This document shows positions 33,767-46,804 of a stretch of DNA of 64,000 nucleotides, piece after piece. Every line of letters begins with the position of its first letter. Within the stretch, counting starts at the first letter, position 1. The notes beneath the pieces are model-generated. The model made no database searches. It saw only the letters and a list, made by a program, of their open reading frames with translations, and was not told the DNA's origin. Both the position numbers and the translations under genes were made by a program. Source of the stretch: Laetmonice hystrix (lineage: Eukaryota); the NCBI GenBank assembly GCA_965235115.1, contig OZ249440.1, positions 35,342,001 to 35,406,000 on the forward strand. The letters run 5' to 3'.

Positions 33767-36700
33767 GTGAAAGGCTGCCCAGGGGTCTGTGACCTCACGG
33801 AGGCTGATCAGGCCCTCCATTCAAAAAAACCTGTCACTGGATCGGAGGTCCCTGACCTCACGGAGGCTGTCCAGCCCCTCCGTACAAAAAAACCTGGACC
33901 TGGTACTCAGTATCCCCCCGTACCAGAAGGATATAAAGACCTTGGTACTTGTGCTACTGTACCAAAAAATGTGCCAAATGATGATATGATACAAAATGTG
34001 CCAAATGACGATATGATACCAGAAATACTGAAAGACCTTGGTACTTGTGCTACTGTACCAAAAAATGTGCCAAATGATGATATGATACAAAACGTGCCAA
34101 ATGACGATATGATACCAGAAGTATTGAAAGACCTTGGTACTTGTGTTACTGTACCAAAAAATGTGCCAAATGATGATATGATACCAAATATGCCAAATGA
34201 CCATCTGACACCAGAAATATTGAAAGACCTTGGTACTTGTGCTACTGTACCAAAAAATGTGCCAAATGATGATATGATACAAAACGTGCCAAATGACGAT
34301 ATGATACCAGAAATATTGAAAGACCTTGGTACTTGTGCTACTGTACCAAAAATTGTGCAAAACAATATCATACCAGCTGTGCCAAGTACCAGTATACCAA
34401 CCATGCGTAGCTCTACTCTAGATGCAACAAGTACCAGTTTACCAGGCCAATGCAGTACCAGTCTACCAGATGAATACTATAAATGCCAACATGGGGAACA
34501 GACCAACCAGACATCCAGCACACATAAAATCATGCCAGGTTGGCAAACTATGATTCTACCAGATCGCAAAACAAACAGTAGCAGTGTACAAGAAAAGTTA
34601 CATGGACAGACGGGCATTGTTGATAGCAGAAAAAGTTCAACTAAATTTCTGAATCAGACTTCCAAAATCTCAAGTGATTGCTGTTCTGCTGAAGGTGAAG
34701 CTTCAGAGAGTGTTATTGAACCATGTGTTGTTTTGGGCAGTGTGCACCAGGGTAATGTCAAATTTCCAGACTCTGTCAGAGGTAGATTTTGTGTAGGTGC
34801 TGCTGTAGTAGCAATTGAAAGGCTTCAGGATAGGAGAAGTGTCACAACATCTGATGTTGATAAAGTTCTTATTGAAGGTTCTACTGTATATGGAAATGTT
34901 CGAAACAAACTAAGACAACAAAGGGTTAATCTACCAGATGACTATCTGTCATTCAGTGATCTTCCCCGTCAGTTAGAAAGTACCAACAGTCAGTTCGTGT
35001 GTGATATGAACGAAAGTGATCTCTTACTGGGTAGCTGTGTAAGCATTGATGATGACAATGTATCACTATGTGAAGCTGTAAAAGAGACGTTTGATCGACA
35101 CAATGCGGGTCTCATTATCATAGGTCTTGAAGCCATCAGTGTATTCCTGAATTGTAAAGGACAATTCTGCCTCTTTGATTCTCATTCAAGAGATATACAA
35201 GGCCAGCAAACTTGCAATGGAACAGCCATATACATGTGTTTTACAACCTTGAGAGAATTACAAAACCAGCTTCTCAAATTTGTCTATAGTACTACAAATG
35301 ATCCATCTAGTGTCAGATACGAAATGCAACCAGTACAGATAATACATAATAATGACACTCTGTCGATGATATCTGGTGAGAGAACTGAAAAGTGTGTGGC
35401 AAGAAGGGTTGTACATGTACAAGAAGTACAAAATGTTGCATTAACGGATTGTGTCTCTCAGAACTCTCAAGGAATTCATTGTTCCAACAGATTTTCCATT
35501 CTAACTGAAGCTAATGACAAGCACAGATTAACGGATAAAAGTGTTGTACAAGAAGTACAAAATGTTGCATTAACGGATTGTGTCCCTCAGAACTCTCAAG
35601 GAATTCATTGTTCCAACAGATTTTCCATTCTAACTGAAGTTAATGACAAGCAAAGATTAACAGACAAAGAATTAACAATTTATGACCAGCAAAATCAACA
35701 GTCAGATAAAGTACCCACACATCTGTGTGAACCGCTCCAAAGCAATGAAATGGAATCAAATAAATCATGTCGCACTGACATTGTCTATGGTAACATAAGT
35801 CAAGCTGACAGTTGTTTTTCACAGTACAATAATCAAAAATTGTCACTGAGTAATGCACTCGTAAGCCTCATGTGTCTAGGTAACTGCAAACAATATCATC
35901 CCGCTGATGTGAATTATGTACTTCTAGAGGGGGCTCGAGTTTGTGGCAAATCTCAGGCAAAGGTTAACACAAACAATATAGAGAAGGCAATTAAGAAACT
36001 GCATGAACAAACCGACAGGTCCTGTGTTGTGGAAAATATACAGTCTGTTGACATTGTTTTGAGTGGTGGTATGAAAACCAGGAACCAGAAAAGCACAAAT
36101 CTATGCAGTGAGGTTCAAAAAGCATTTTCTGTTTCGAACAGCCTGATCATATTCACAGGAAACTGCTTCCTTAGTGCCTTCAAGACAAAACATGACTCAT
36201 GGGTAGTATTCAATCCCAATCCATGTGTAAAACAACCACATGTTGGAAAGGCAATGCTTGTAGAATGCAGAAGTGTAGACCAAGCTATTGAGGTTATCGA
36301 AAAACAGCTGAAAAACATAAACAAACCCGTTACACGTTGTCGAATTGTTGCCTTAACACTAACAGTTGTAAACATCACAGGCATTAGTACCTCAGTGGAA
36401 GACTTGCCCCCAACAGACACTGCTCAAAAAAATGATAAGATTCAAAAGACTGAACTTAAGACACATGATGGAAAGGAATATAGGAAACAGTATATGAGAC
36501 AATATATGAGAAAGAGAAGAACAGATAGCCATGTCCGTGAGACTGAAAGACAGTACATCAAACAACGTAGGATCAATCTAGAATATAAGGGTATTAACCA
36601 GGAATACATTAAAAATAGGCGACTAGATTTACGTTTCAAAGCAAATGAACTAGAATACATAAAGAAACGAAGACTAGATTCAGGCTTCCAAAAAGGTGAA

Positions 36701-39216
36701 AGAGAATATATCAAGAATCGAAGACTAGATGCAGGCTTACAAGAAGGTGAACGACAATATATCAAGAATCGAAGACTAGATGCAGGCTTACAAGAAGGTG
36801 AACGACAATATATCAAGAATCGAAGACTAGATGCAGGCTTCCAAGAAGGTGAACGAGAATATATCAAGAATCGAAGACTAGATGCAGGCTTCCAAGAAGG
36901 TGAACGAGAATATATCAAGAATCGAAGACTAGATGCAGTCTTCAAAGAATGTGAACGAGAATATATGAAAATCCGAAGAATAGATTCAGGCTTCCAACAA
37001 GATGAACGAGAATACATTAGAAAGCGAAGAGTAAATTTGGATTTTAGGGAAAATGAAAGCCACTACACAAAGAAAAGACGACTCAATCCAGATATAAAAA
37101 ATAATGAAAGGAAATCAAAAAATTATAAATACAGAAGTGACATAATGTATCGTGAAAAATGTATACAGTATGGTAAGACAAAGTATACAACTGATAAAAC
37201 ATACAGAGACAAAATAAAACATTACAGTTCTCAGAAATACAAACAAAATCTGTCTTTTAGATGGAAGGTGAAATGTTACAGCAGGATAAAGTACCAACAA
37301 AATGCATTGTTCAAATCCAAGAAAAAAAAGGCACAGAGATTAAAATACCAAACCAATATTCAATATCGGGAATGGAAAAGAAATTCAGCACAGTTGAAAT
37401 ACCTAGAGGTCATGGCTGCTCCTACGTTAAGGAAGCGTATGAAAAAGAGGAAAAGACGGCAGTACTTGAGAAATGTTATAGCACTTAGACTGAAAGCTTG
37501 TCAAAGAAAGCAGCAAAATAATGAGCACCGCAAAAAGATTGAAAACGTGAAGACTATTTTTCACAGCAAAGTTCAGGAATATCCAGAGTATGTGTGTTCA
37601 GTTTGTCATAGACTGCTTTTCAAAAAACAGGTACTGAAGTGTGATAAAACAAAATACGGAACGTCTGCTGCGAACAAACGTTTGGCTAGAGCCTGCATTA
37701 ATGAAAAAGCATCACACAATTGTATTACAAAATCCAGACAAACTGTACTAAGGGAATCACGGAGAGACTTGTACATATGTCATACATGCGATAGATATTT
37801 GAAAGCTGGAAAAATTCCACACGAAGCATATACAAACAAATTGGAATTGCAGCCACTACCCCGTGAACTCAAAACATTGAACATACTGGAGAAACACCTC
37901 ATATCGCGAATCGTACCCTTCATGAAACTCATAACATTACCGAAAGGTGGGCAAAAGAAATTAAAAGGACCATGTGTTTTGGTTCCATCTGACTTACAAG
38001 ATACAATAAATAGTCTGCCCAGATGTGAGGATCAGAACCCACAGATCATTCGGCTCAAAATGAAGCGGAGGCTTTCTTATGAAGGTCATTATGAGTACAA
38101 ACAAGTTGATTTAAAAAAGGTTCATGATGCTCTTAGGTATTTAAAAGAGGAAATTGCAAATGTACATTATGCTGATGTTGAAATTGATCAAACAAGACAT
38201 GTGCAATATGAGAGTAGAAAACTTGACGGCACTGATGAGCAACAAACATGTGAAACTTCCAAAACTGAGAATACTGATAAGAATGTGTCCAATGATGACG
38301 AACAAGATCAATGCGAGGAGGTGAAACCAGGGCCTATGTTAGACACGTTCCTTATGCCAGTTGATATGGTCCAAGAAGCCTTACCATTGTGTCCCGATAG
38401 TATTTTGTCCATTGCACCATGTGAAAAAAATAGACCCACCAATTTATATGCGAACAAAGCGGGTGAAGCCCTTGCATTTCCAAATCATTTCCCAGATGGT
38501 CGAAATACTTTAACAGAAGAAAGATCAGTTGAATTATCTCCATCAAAATATTTCCAGGCGAGACTGATGAACGTAGATAATCGTTTTGCTAACGATCCAC
38601 AATACATATTCTTTGCATTGTACATCACGGAATTGAAATTCATGGCCAGCAACATATCCATTGCACTGAGAAAGGGAAGAAAGCAAACAAACGATGGAAT
38701 GAAAATAACAGCAGGCACATTATCTCAGAGACAAGGCATAGATCATGTCACCAGAGAAGATACAGGCTTCCGACACTTTCCCACACTGAAAGGTTCACCA
38801 GATTACTGGAAAATGACCCAACACGATTTGTTTGCAATGATCAGACAACTTGGTATTCCAACATTCTTTTGTACGTTTAGCTGTAACAATGATTGGCCTG
38901 AAATTGTGACTGCTATTAAAGCTCAGCAGGGAGAAACAGTTGATGTTGATTCTTTGTCATGGGAAGAAAAATGCAACATTCTAGCATCAAATCCTGTTAC
39001 TTGTGCACGTATGTTTGATCATAGAGTGAAACTGTTTCTGAAGGAAGTGATTATGTCTCCAGCAAAACCAATAGGTGAAGTGATTGATCATTTTTACAGA
39101 GTTGAGTGGCAGGCAAGAGGAAGTCCTCATATACACTGTTTATTTTGGGTTAAAGATGCACCAATTATAGACCGAGATTCAGACCAAGCTGTATGTGACT
39201 TCATCGATCAGTATAT
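33767..39216 (+). CDS. Helentron Rep-helicase polyprotein, 5' part: repeats, herpes-tegument-like (peptidase C76/VTD) DUB, degenerate second DUB, DUF6570-like region, Rep motifs 1-2
   Basis: GSVHQGNVKF..RGRFC...LFDSHSR (DUB); CSVCHR..CHTC and LEKHLISR..F (DUF6570-like); GSPDYW..LGIPTFFCTFS and YRVEWQARGSPHIHCLFW (HUH). The frame is broken at 39217 by a MITE. Confidence 0.9.
33935..34350 (+). repeat. 96-bp (32-aa) coding tandem repeat, ~4.3 copies
   Basis: KDLGTCATVPKNVPNDDMIQNVPNDDMIPEIL units at 33935, 34031, 34127, 34223 and 34319. Confidence 0.95.
36545..37085 (+). repeat. 51-bp (17-aa) basic/charged coding repeat, ~10 copies
   Basis: EREYIKNRRLDAGFQEG units, near-identical in the centre and degenerate at the edges. 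Confidence 0.9.
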
Positions 39217-40542
39217 CAGTGGTGATGAAAAGTTTTTTTCTACATCTGACAAAGTGTCAGATGTAAAAGAGCGTTACATCTGACATTTTTGTTTTACATC
39301 TGACATTTTTGTCAGATGTAAAATGGCTTTAACACAAGTAATACAAGTACAGTTGTATATCCTTATTAGACTTTCATTTTTTAAATGTTCCTCTTTTGTG
39401 GTTCTTTCTCTGCGTTTGATATCCAATTTCAGATCCGTACTAAGTACTGGAGTTAAAAATACAAAAAGGAGCCAGACATGTTTACAGACGGTTGGCCTGT
39501 GTATCAGTCAAATTACGCGTTACGATATATATCAATCAGTCACATTTTTCTGATATACGATCCATATTTGTTCAGGAAAGTAGCTCTGTTGAAATAATCA
39601 AAGTAATAGTGACAGATTTATTGATGGAAAAACATTGAAATATACTCTGGAACACATTTGCAATTCATGGAACCTTAGGACACGAAGTTAGCCCAAATCT
39701 GAACAGGCCGTCAAAGAGGTTTTAGCAGGCCCTTAGACACTTTTAGCGGGCCCTTACAAGTTTGATCAGGCCCTTAATTTATTTTTCAATTTATTGCACA
39801 ATTTTTCAACTTTGAAAATAATTCCTATAGAGTTTGTGCTTGATGAGGGAGTTACGGGCCCTTGGCCTTAGCCAGCCAATAATGTTAGGTGGGGCACATT
39901 TGCAAATTCTGGACATTTTCAACCAAGAATAAATATATCAAACTATGAATTCAGTAAGTTGCCCTTTGTCATTGCAAACTATGATACTCCTCATGGATTA
40001 ATACTCCCCTTTCTTAGCATTTTAACAACACACATACATCAAGCAGCTCCTTCCCATTCCAGTGTCATACAAAGACAATGCCAATGGGTGTGAATGCTAT
40101 CCACGCCAACCTGCTGGCTCACTAAACCAAGGGCAGCTGGCCTACCTATAATCAGAGTATTATTTTATTCCGCTCTTCTCCAATAGAAGATTCAAGAAAA
40201 TATATGTAGTAGACAGTTATACAAGGCCCAGCAAGTTCAAGTATAGCTCTCTTCTGAGCACTAGGATCCTCCAAACCAACCCTGACTGGGAGGAATGAGG
40301 GAGTCACCACCACCTGCCCTTATCAGCTACCCTTACATAACGCCCGGCCAGGGCCAGGCGGCAGCCTGACAGACCACCGACTGTGAGGCTGCCACCTGTC
40401 TCATGGACCTTGAGTACTGGTTACCAACATCATGACCATCTGATAACACCGGACAATCTGTCAGATGTTATTATGCCTCACATCGGACATCGGTAAAAAT
40501 TGCCGGCAATGTCCGGCAGTCCGGCACTTTTCATCACCACTG
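39217..40542. mobile_element. 1326-bp hAT-like non-autonomous element with 6-bp TSD, disrupting the Rep domain
   Basis: GTATAT|CAGTGGTGATGAAAAGT...ACTTTTCATCACCACTG|GTATAT, perfect 17-bp TIR. Removing it with one TSD restores FIDQYISCQVPPEGDELHEKV in frame. Confidence 0.93.
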
Positions 40543-40548
40543 GTATAT

Positions 40549-43500
40549 CTCGTGTCAAGTTCCACCTGAAGGTGACGAATTGCATGAAAAGGTGAACCGC
40601 TTTCAGAAACATAGTAAGCATCATACAAAATCCTGCAAAAAGGGGAATCGCCAATGTAGATTTAACTTCCCAAAACCAGTTGCAAAGAGGACATTTGTAT
40701 CAAGACCTGCAACCATGCCAGACGGACAGTCGCCAACCAAGGCAGAAATGCATCATGCATCAGAACAATTGTCAAAAATAAGAGACCTGTTGAATGAAAA
40801 TATTGCAAATGAAAATATATCTATAGATGAGCTCTTACAAAAAGCAGGACTTACATGGCAAACATATAAAAGGTATTTCGATATTGCAACAAAGAAAATA
40901 TCCATTGTAATGAAACGAGAATATAAAGACTGTTGGACAAACCCTCACAACCCAGCTCTCCTTGACATCTGGAATGCTAACATGGATATTCAGTACATCA
41001 CTGACCCATACAGTTGTGTTATGTACATTCTGTCGTACATCAGTAAAGCTGAACATGAGCTCTCAGAAATTCTACGCAACGCTCAGAGAGAACTCAAAGA
41101 AGGGAACATTGACTTGAAAACTGAAATGAGAAAATTAGGTAATGTGTACCTGAACTACCGAGAAGTCAGTTGTCAGGAAGCCGCACATCGCATGTGTAAC
41201 CTACACTTGAAAGAATGTTCTCGTGCCGTTGTTTACCTACCAGTGAATGAAAATGCAACAAGAATGAGTCTGCCATTATCACAAATCGAAGCAAAAGCAA
41301 AATCAAATGCGGATGATGACGAAATCTGGATGAAAAACATTGTAGATAGATACCAAGCACGACCTGATACTGTGGAGTTTGATAACATGTGTCTAGCTCA
41401 GTTTGCTTCAGAATACAGAATGATGTATGGACAGGCAAAGTCTCCAAATACAATTACATTGAAAAACGACTGTGGTACAATAACGAAAAGAAGAAGTGAA
41501 AACTTTGCTGTGATTCGATACCCAAGACATTCCAAGACTACAAAAGCAGAGAAATTTTATCAAGGTCAAATGAAGGTTTATTTACCATGGAGACACCAGT
41601 GTCAATTAAAGCCCCAAGCATATGCTACATACGAGGAATTCTTTGAAAACGGAGCAGTCAGACTGAGTGAAGACCATGATATAGAACCTGTGAAACTGAT
41701 TGTGAGTCAAAATAGGCAGAAATATGAAAAAGATGCTGAGGTCTTGCAGGAAGCTTGGGAAATGATGCACAATTCTCATAATTTGGAAGATGCATGGGCC
41801 AACGTTGCTAATGAAGCTGAGATTAGTAGATTAGAAGCAGAAAGAGAAAACCTAGCCTTTGCAGAGTGCTCTGATGAGCCATTAGCAGACAATCATGACC
41901 ATATTGGTGACAGTAAAAGAACAAATATTCCAGGAGGACTCGCTATAGCCCACAGTGATGATGGATGTGTTACCAAAGCTGTTAGGCCAATGTTGAAGTC
42001 TATGAATAAAAAGCAGCAACAGATATTTTACACCATACGAAAATGGTGCCTAGATAAAGTCAATGGTGAACGCCCTGAGCCATTTAGAATATTCCTTAGT
42101 GGTGCAGCAGGTGTTGGAAAATCCCTCTTAATCAAATGCATCTACTATGAAGCTACCAAAATTCTGCTTGGACAACAAAGTGACCAAAACCTACCACCAG
42201 TATTCCTGACAGCAACAACCGGACTGGCTGCCTTCAATATCGATGGAACGACAGTTCATTCTCTTCTCAAAATAATTAAACCTCGCAAAGGCCAATACAT
42301 TCCATTGTCTGAAAATGTCTTGAATACCATGAATACAACCTTATGTGAAATGAAAATTCTTGTAATTGATGAAATTTCAATGATGGGAAGCAATATACTG
42401 AATTATGTGCACAAACGATTGGGACAATTAAAACACAGTAAAGAACTGTTTGGAGGTATATCTATTCTTGCTGTTGGTGATTTCTATCAGCTTCCACCTG
42501 TAAGAGCCGGTTCGCCAATTTGTGTACCAAATGCCTGTGATTTGTGGATGGAAAACTTTAAGTGTGTTGAACTGACAGAAATAATGAGACAGAAAGAAGA
42601 TGCTGTGTTTGCAGCACTCTTGAATCGGCTTAGAACAAAGCCAAAAACTGAAAGTTTGAGTGAATCTGATACAAAAACACTGTTATCACGAATTACGCCA
42701 TCTGACCAATGTCCACAAGATGCCCTGTTTATCTATGCGAAAAATAAGGAGGTAGATGAACACAATGAAACAATGTTACAAAATAAGTGCACACAGATCA
42801 GTGATATTAGAGCTATTGATGTGATCAGAAACAGAAAGACTGGAAAACTAGAGGAAAGGCCAGCAACAAAATCAAATGACAAAAGTGACAGCCTACCAGG
42901 TTGGTTAAGGATAGCAGTTGGTGCAAGAGTCATGGTAACAAAGAACATCGATACTGAACATGGAATAACAAATGGTGCCATAGGAACTATAACTGCCATA
43001 TTACCTGCACAACACGGTAAACCATTACCAGAAGCAGTGTGTATTAAATTTGATAATGCAAAAGTTGGCCGTGCATTGGCTGAAAAAAACAATAACGGTA
43101 CAGTTCCAATTGGTTCAGTCAAAGTAATACCATATGAAGAATCTCTAGATCCTGTGGAACAAGAACGAAAAGGAGGAATCAGGCGACAGTTTCCATTGAG
43201 ATTAGCTTGGGCATGTACAATACACAAAGTTCAAGGTCTCACAGTGGACAAAATAGTGATCTCCATGAAAACTATGTTTGAATCTGGACATGCTTATGTT
43301 GCCCTTTCTAGAGTCACAAACATAGCTGGTCTCTATCTCCTAGATTACAATGCCGATAAAATATACAGAAATGAAGGAGTTACACAAGGATTGGAACTAA
43401 TGGAACCACTCGTGCCAAATGAAATTGATTTCTCAGAAGGAAGGCTCATAATTGTCCATCACAATGTTGAAGGTTTAGCTCAAAATCTTGAAAGTACCAG

Positions 43501-44095
43501 AAATCACTTCCAGATATTCACTTCAGACGTTGTCTTACTAACGGAAACGTGGCTCACTAGTCGTGAAGATCTATCAAAGTTTCACCACCCAGACTTTAAT
43601 CTTGTATCTAAAACAAGACAAGAAAGTTATGATATTCAATCAATGGCCTCACTTGCAAAAGGGGGTGTGGCAGTATATGTGAGGAAAACAATCATACATA
43701 GTCTTTTACAACTATCTGTCAGAGACATTGAATTCATTCCGCTTGTGGTGGTCACCGATGAAAAACCGTTAACTATTTGCGTAGTTTACAGACCGTCCAG
43801 ATACTCCACCAAGTCATTTTGTCCAGCTCTCGAACAACTTATTCGTAAAATGGAAGAAAGTGTCAGAGATTCTGGTTATATAATTGCAGGCGATTTGAAT
43901 GAGGATTTAATGAAAGGCCAGAACACAATCCAAAACGTGATGTCTCGCAATAATTACAAACAAGTAATCACTCAAGGAACGACCCTAGGAAATAGCCTGA
44001 TAGATGTTATCTATGTGAAAAATGTGGACTTCCAAAACTGTGGTGTATTACAAACATATTACAGTTATCATGATGCAACATTCTTACAAATTTAA
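40549..44095 (+). CDS. Helentron Rep-helicase polyprotein, 3' part: Rep motif 3, PIF1-family SF1 helicase, AP-type endonuclease
   Basis: ANMDIQY..YSCVMYILSYISK; SGAAGVGKS, DEISM, GDFYQLPPV, QFPLRLAWACTIHKVQGLT, AYVALSRV; endonuclease motifs HHNVEGL, LTETWL, GGVAVY, VYRP, GDLNED, IDVIY, YYSYHD. Confidence 0.93.
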
Positions 44096-44800
44096 TATGC
44101 TGTATTCAAACAGGTGTGGAGAAATGTGCAATACTTTGAAATCCCTAGTAAATATGATCCACATTATTACATGATTTTATCCTCAAGTATATTTATCAAC
44201 ATTCTAAATGAAATGACACAATGCATCTTAAATGTGCATGTATTACTTATACACGTCTAAATGAAATGACACAATGCATCTTAAATGTGCATGTATTACT
44301 TATACACGTATTGATATTCGACTAGTAAATGATAGATCAAATTATATTATGTGATTGTGTACCAGATACTGTATTTAAACAACTGCTGTGAAGAAATGTA
44401 CCAGACTTTGAAATTCTATTAGTAAATATTGTACACCTTATGACATGAATTTATACTCCAGTATGTTCATCAAAATTCTCCATGAAATCAGATAATGTAT
44501 CTCAAATATCTATCTGGGTATAGTTATTATATTAGAATACATCTACTGTATGATAAATTTAATTACATAGTTTGATAGATTTATAGTTATGTGTTTTGTA
44601 TTAATCACCAATGAAATAATTAAATGAAATACACTATATTACAAACATATTACAGATATCCTGATGCAGTATTCTTACAAATTTGATATTTTATGCTGTA
44701 TTTAAACAACTGCTGCCCAGAAATGTGTAAGACTTTGAAATTCCTCTTTTAAATTCTACAATAAAATAACACAATGCATCTTGCATCTTATAGTTGTGTG
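44047..44800. repeat. Degenerate local duplications of the ORF 3' end and 3' UTR
   Basis: ATTACAAACATATTACAG...TTCTTACAAATTT at ~44047 and ~44638; exact ~53-bp tandem at ~44203-44309. Confidence 0.7.
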
Positions 44801-45264
44801 CTTTGTAATGATCAATGAAATAAATCAATCTAATACAAGATTCTTATCTGTTTGAGTAATTAATGAAAAACACCATGGTGACTCTTGATAGATACATGTT
44901 ACTACTTTTAGTTGGACGGCTGAACTACCAGTATATTTGCACAAGTTCACAGAATTGTTTTTTTAATCATAACGTTCTTTAGCCTCACTAGGATGATCCA
45001 AAGCCACACTATTTTATTTTAGTAGTGATGGTTTATGGTTAAATAACAATTTGATAATGTCTACAACGATGAATAAACTAGGACAGGCAACAATAACGTC
45101 ATATTTCCAGCCTGGGTGGGTGGGTGGATAAAGGCTGGAACACTTTGCAGGTTCCGTTGCTAAATGATCAGGATAAATACACTTGTATCAGAATTTCATC
45201 GGACAAATCTGTGAAGAAGATGGACTAAGATGGACATACATATTACTACCAATATTTTATCGGC

Positions 45265-45575
45265 CAAACTACCAGAATACTATATGGACAAACTATCACT
45301 TTATGAGATTGACGCACTACCAGTATACCAGATCGACAAACAACCAGTATACCAGACCGGCAAACTACCAGAATATCAGACTGGCAAACTGCCACTATAC
45401 CAGACAAACGAACTACTCATCTTATAAGGCACAAACTACCACTCTACCAGATTGACCAACTACCAGTGTACCAATTGGACAAACAACCAGTATACCAGAC
45501 TGGCAAACTACCTGTATACCAGACTAGCAAACTACCAGTCTACCAGACTGGCAAACTACCAGTATATCAGACCAT
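45265..45575. repeat. Degenerate 24-bp minisatellite
   Basis: Units resembling AAACTACCAGTATACCAGACTGGC. Confidence 0.85.
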
Positions 45576-45751
45576 TTTATGAGCTTGTGCGACACCTCTC
45601 CAGCTTGCTCACTTTTTTGTCACTTTTGTGAGCAGCTGCTAGTGATTTGCAGTTCTCACGGCAGCTGAGCTTGGCAGCACTTTGAACTGCTATGAAAACA
45701 AGTTGTGAGACGAACTTCTGGCCCCATTCGGATATAGGTGAGTTTTCACTT

Positions 45752-45767
45752 TCATTCATTCATTCAT

Positions 45768-45819
<52 letters not shown>

Positions 45820-45998
45820 CCTCTCTCTCTCTCTCTCTCTTTCTCTTCTCGCCCCACCTCTCTCTGTGTCTGTGTCTGTCTCTCTGTCTCTCTCTCTGTC
45901 TCTCTCTCTGTCTCTCGATCTCGATCTCTCTCGATCTCGATCTCTCTCGATCTCGATCTCTCTCGATCTCTCTCTCGATCTATCTCGATCTATCTCGA
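45752..45998. repeat. Compound microsatellite (TCAT)n(CTGT)n(CT)n(TCGATC)n
   Basis: Directly visible. Confidence 0.95.
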
Positions 45999-46069
45999 CA
46001 TTTTGTTCCTATAAATTCACCTATTTAATTGAATGCTAACCATATGTTTACAGCCTCAGCAATACAACA

Positions 46070-46770
46070 CAAGTTCCATAATGAGCTCATCTGCCTCGGA
46101 CATGATATACGACCCCCCCCCCCCCCCTGATGTTCTCTCCATCAATTCAAAAAACTTTCCTGCGCCACAGATTGGATTGCACAGGTATACATTTGTACTT
46201 GGTTAAATCTCTTCCCTGTTGGAAAATTTAGGTTCATGCACTTACAGTAATAATATATAGTATCAGAACAATGGCAGTATCTCTACATACATCAAATCAC
46301 AACATTATTTTATAAATTTTCTACATTTTACTTGATGAAACAACAGACATATGCCATATTTCTATGTTTTGAACTAATTATATTCAATGCTAATATTATG
46401 TTTGCAGGCACAACATTGAAACGGAAGTTCCATAAGGATCTCATCTCTGTCAGACATGATACACGACTCTCCTGATGATGTCCCCATCTAAGTTCTCAAT
46501 TCATGTCACTTGTTTCGTTATCGAATCAAATGGATCGGATGCCATGCATCCTCATCTTCAAATATATTGCCTGGACCTGCGGCCCCAATTCAAATAACTT
46601 TCTGCGCCACAGATTGGATTGCACAGGTATATTGGTTAAATCTCTTCCCTGTTGGAAACTATATTTAGCTTCATGCACTTACAGTAATAATACATAGTAT
46701 CATAACAATGGCAGTATCTCTACATATTATATCAAATCACAACATTATTATATAAATTTTATACATGATA
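46070..46770. repeat. Diverged direct duplication, two copies of ~260-340 bp
   Basis: AAGTTCCATAA...CTGCGCCACAGATTGGATTGCACAGGTAT...ATCAAATCACAACATTATT occurs twice. Confidence 0.75.
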
Positions 46771-46804
46771 CATGATACACGACTGTCCTGGTGTTGTCCC
46801 CTAA

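Noticed and set aside
33821..37017. Antisense ORFs of 165-191 aa over the polyprotein repeats
   Set aside because: Shadows of stop-free tandem repeats on the coding strand.
39217..39283. C-terminal 22 codons of the 1840-aa ORF, and the TTG start of the 1171-aa ORF at 40580
   Set aside because: Artefacts of the MITE insertion; the two ORFs are one interrupted gene.
45692..46039. SL/CL-rich ORFs
   Set aside because: Translations of microsatellite sequence.
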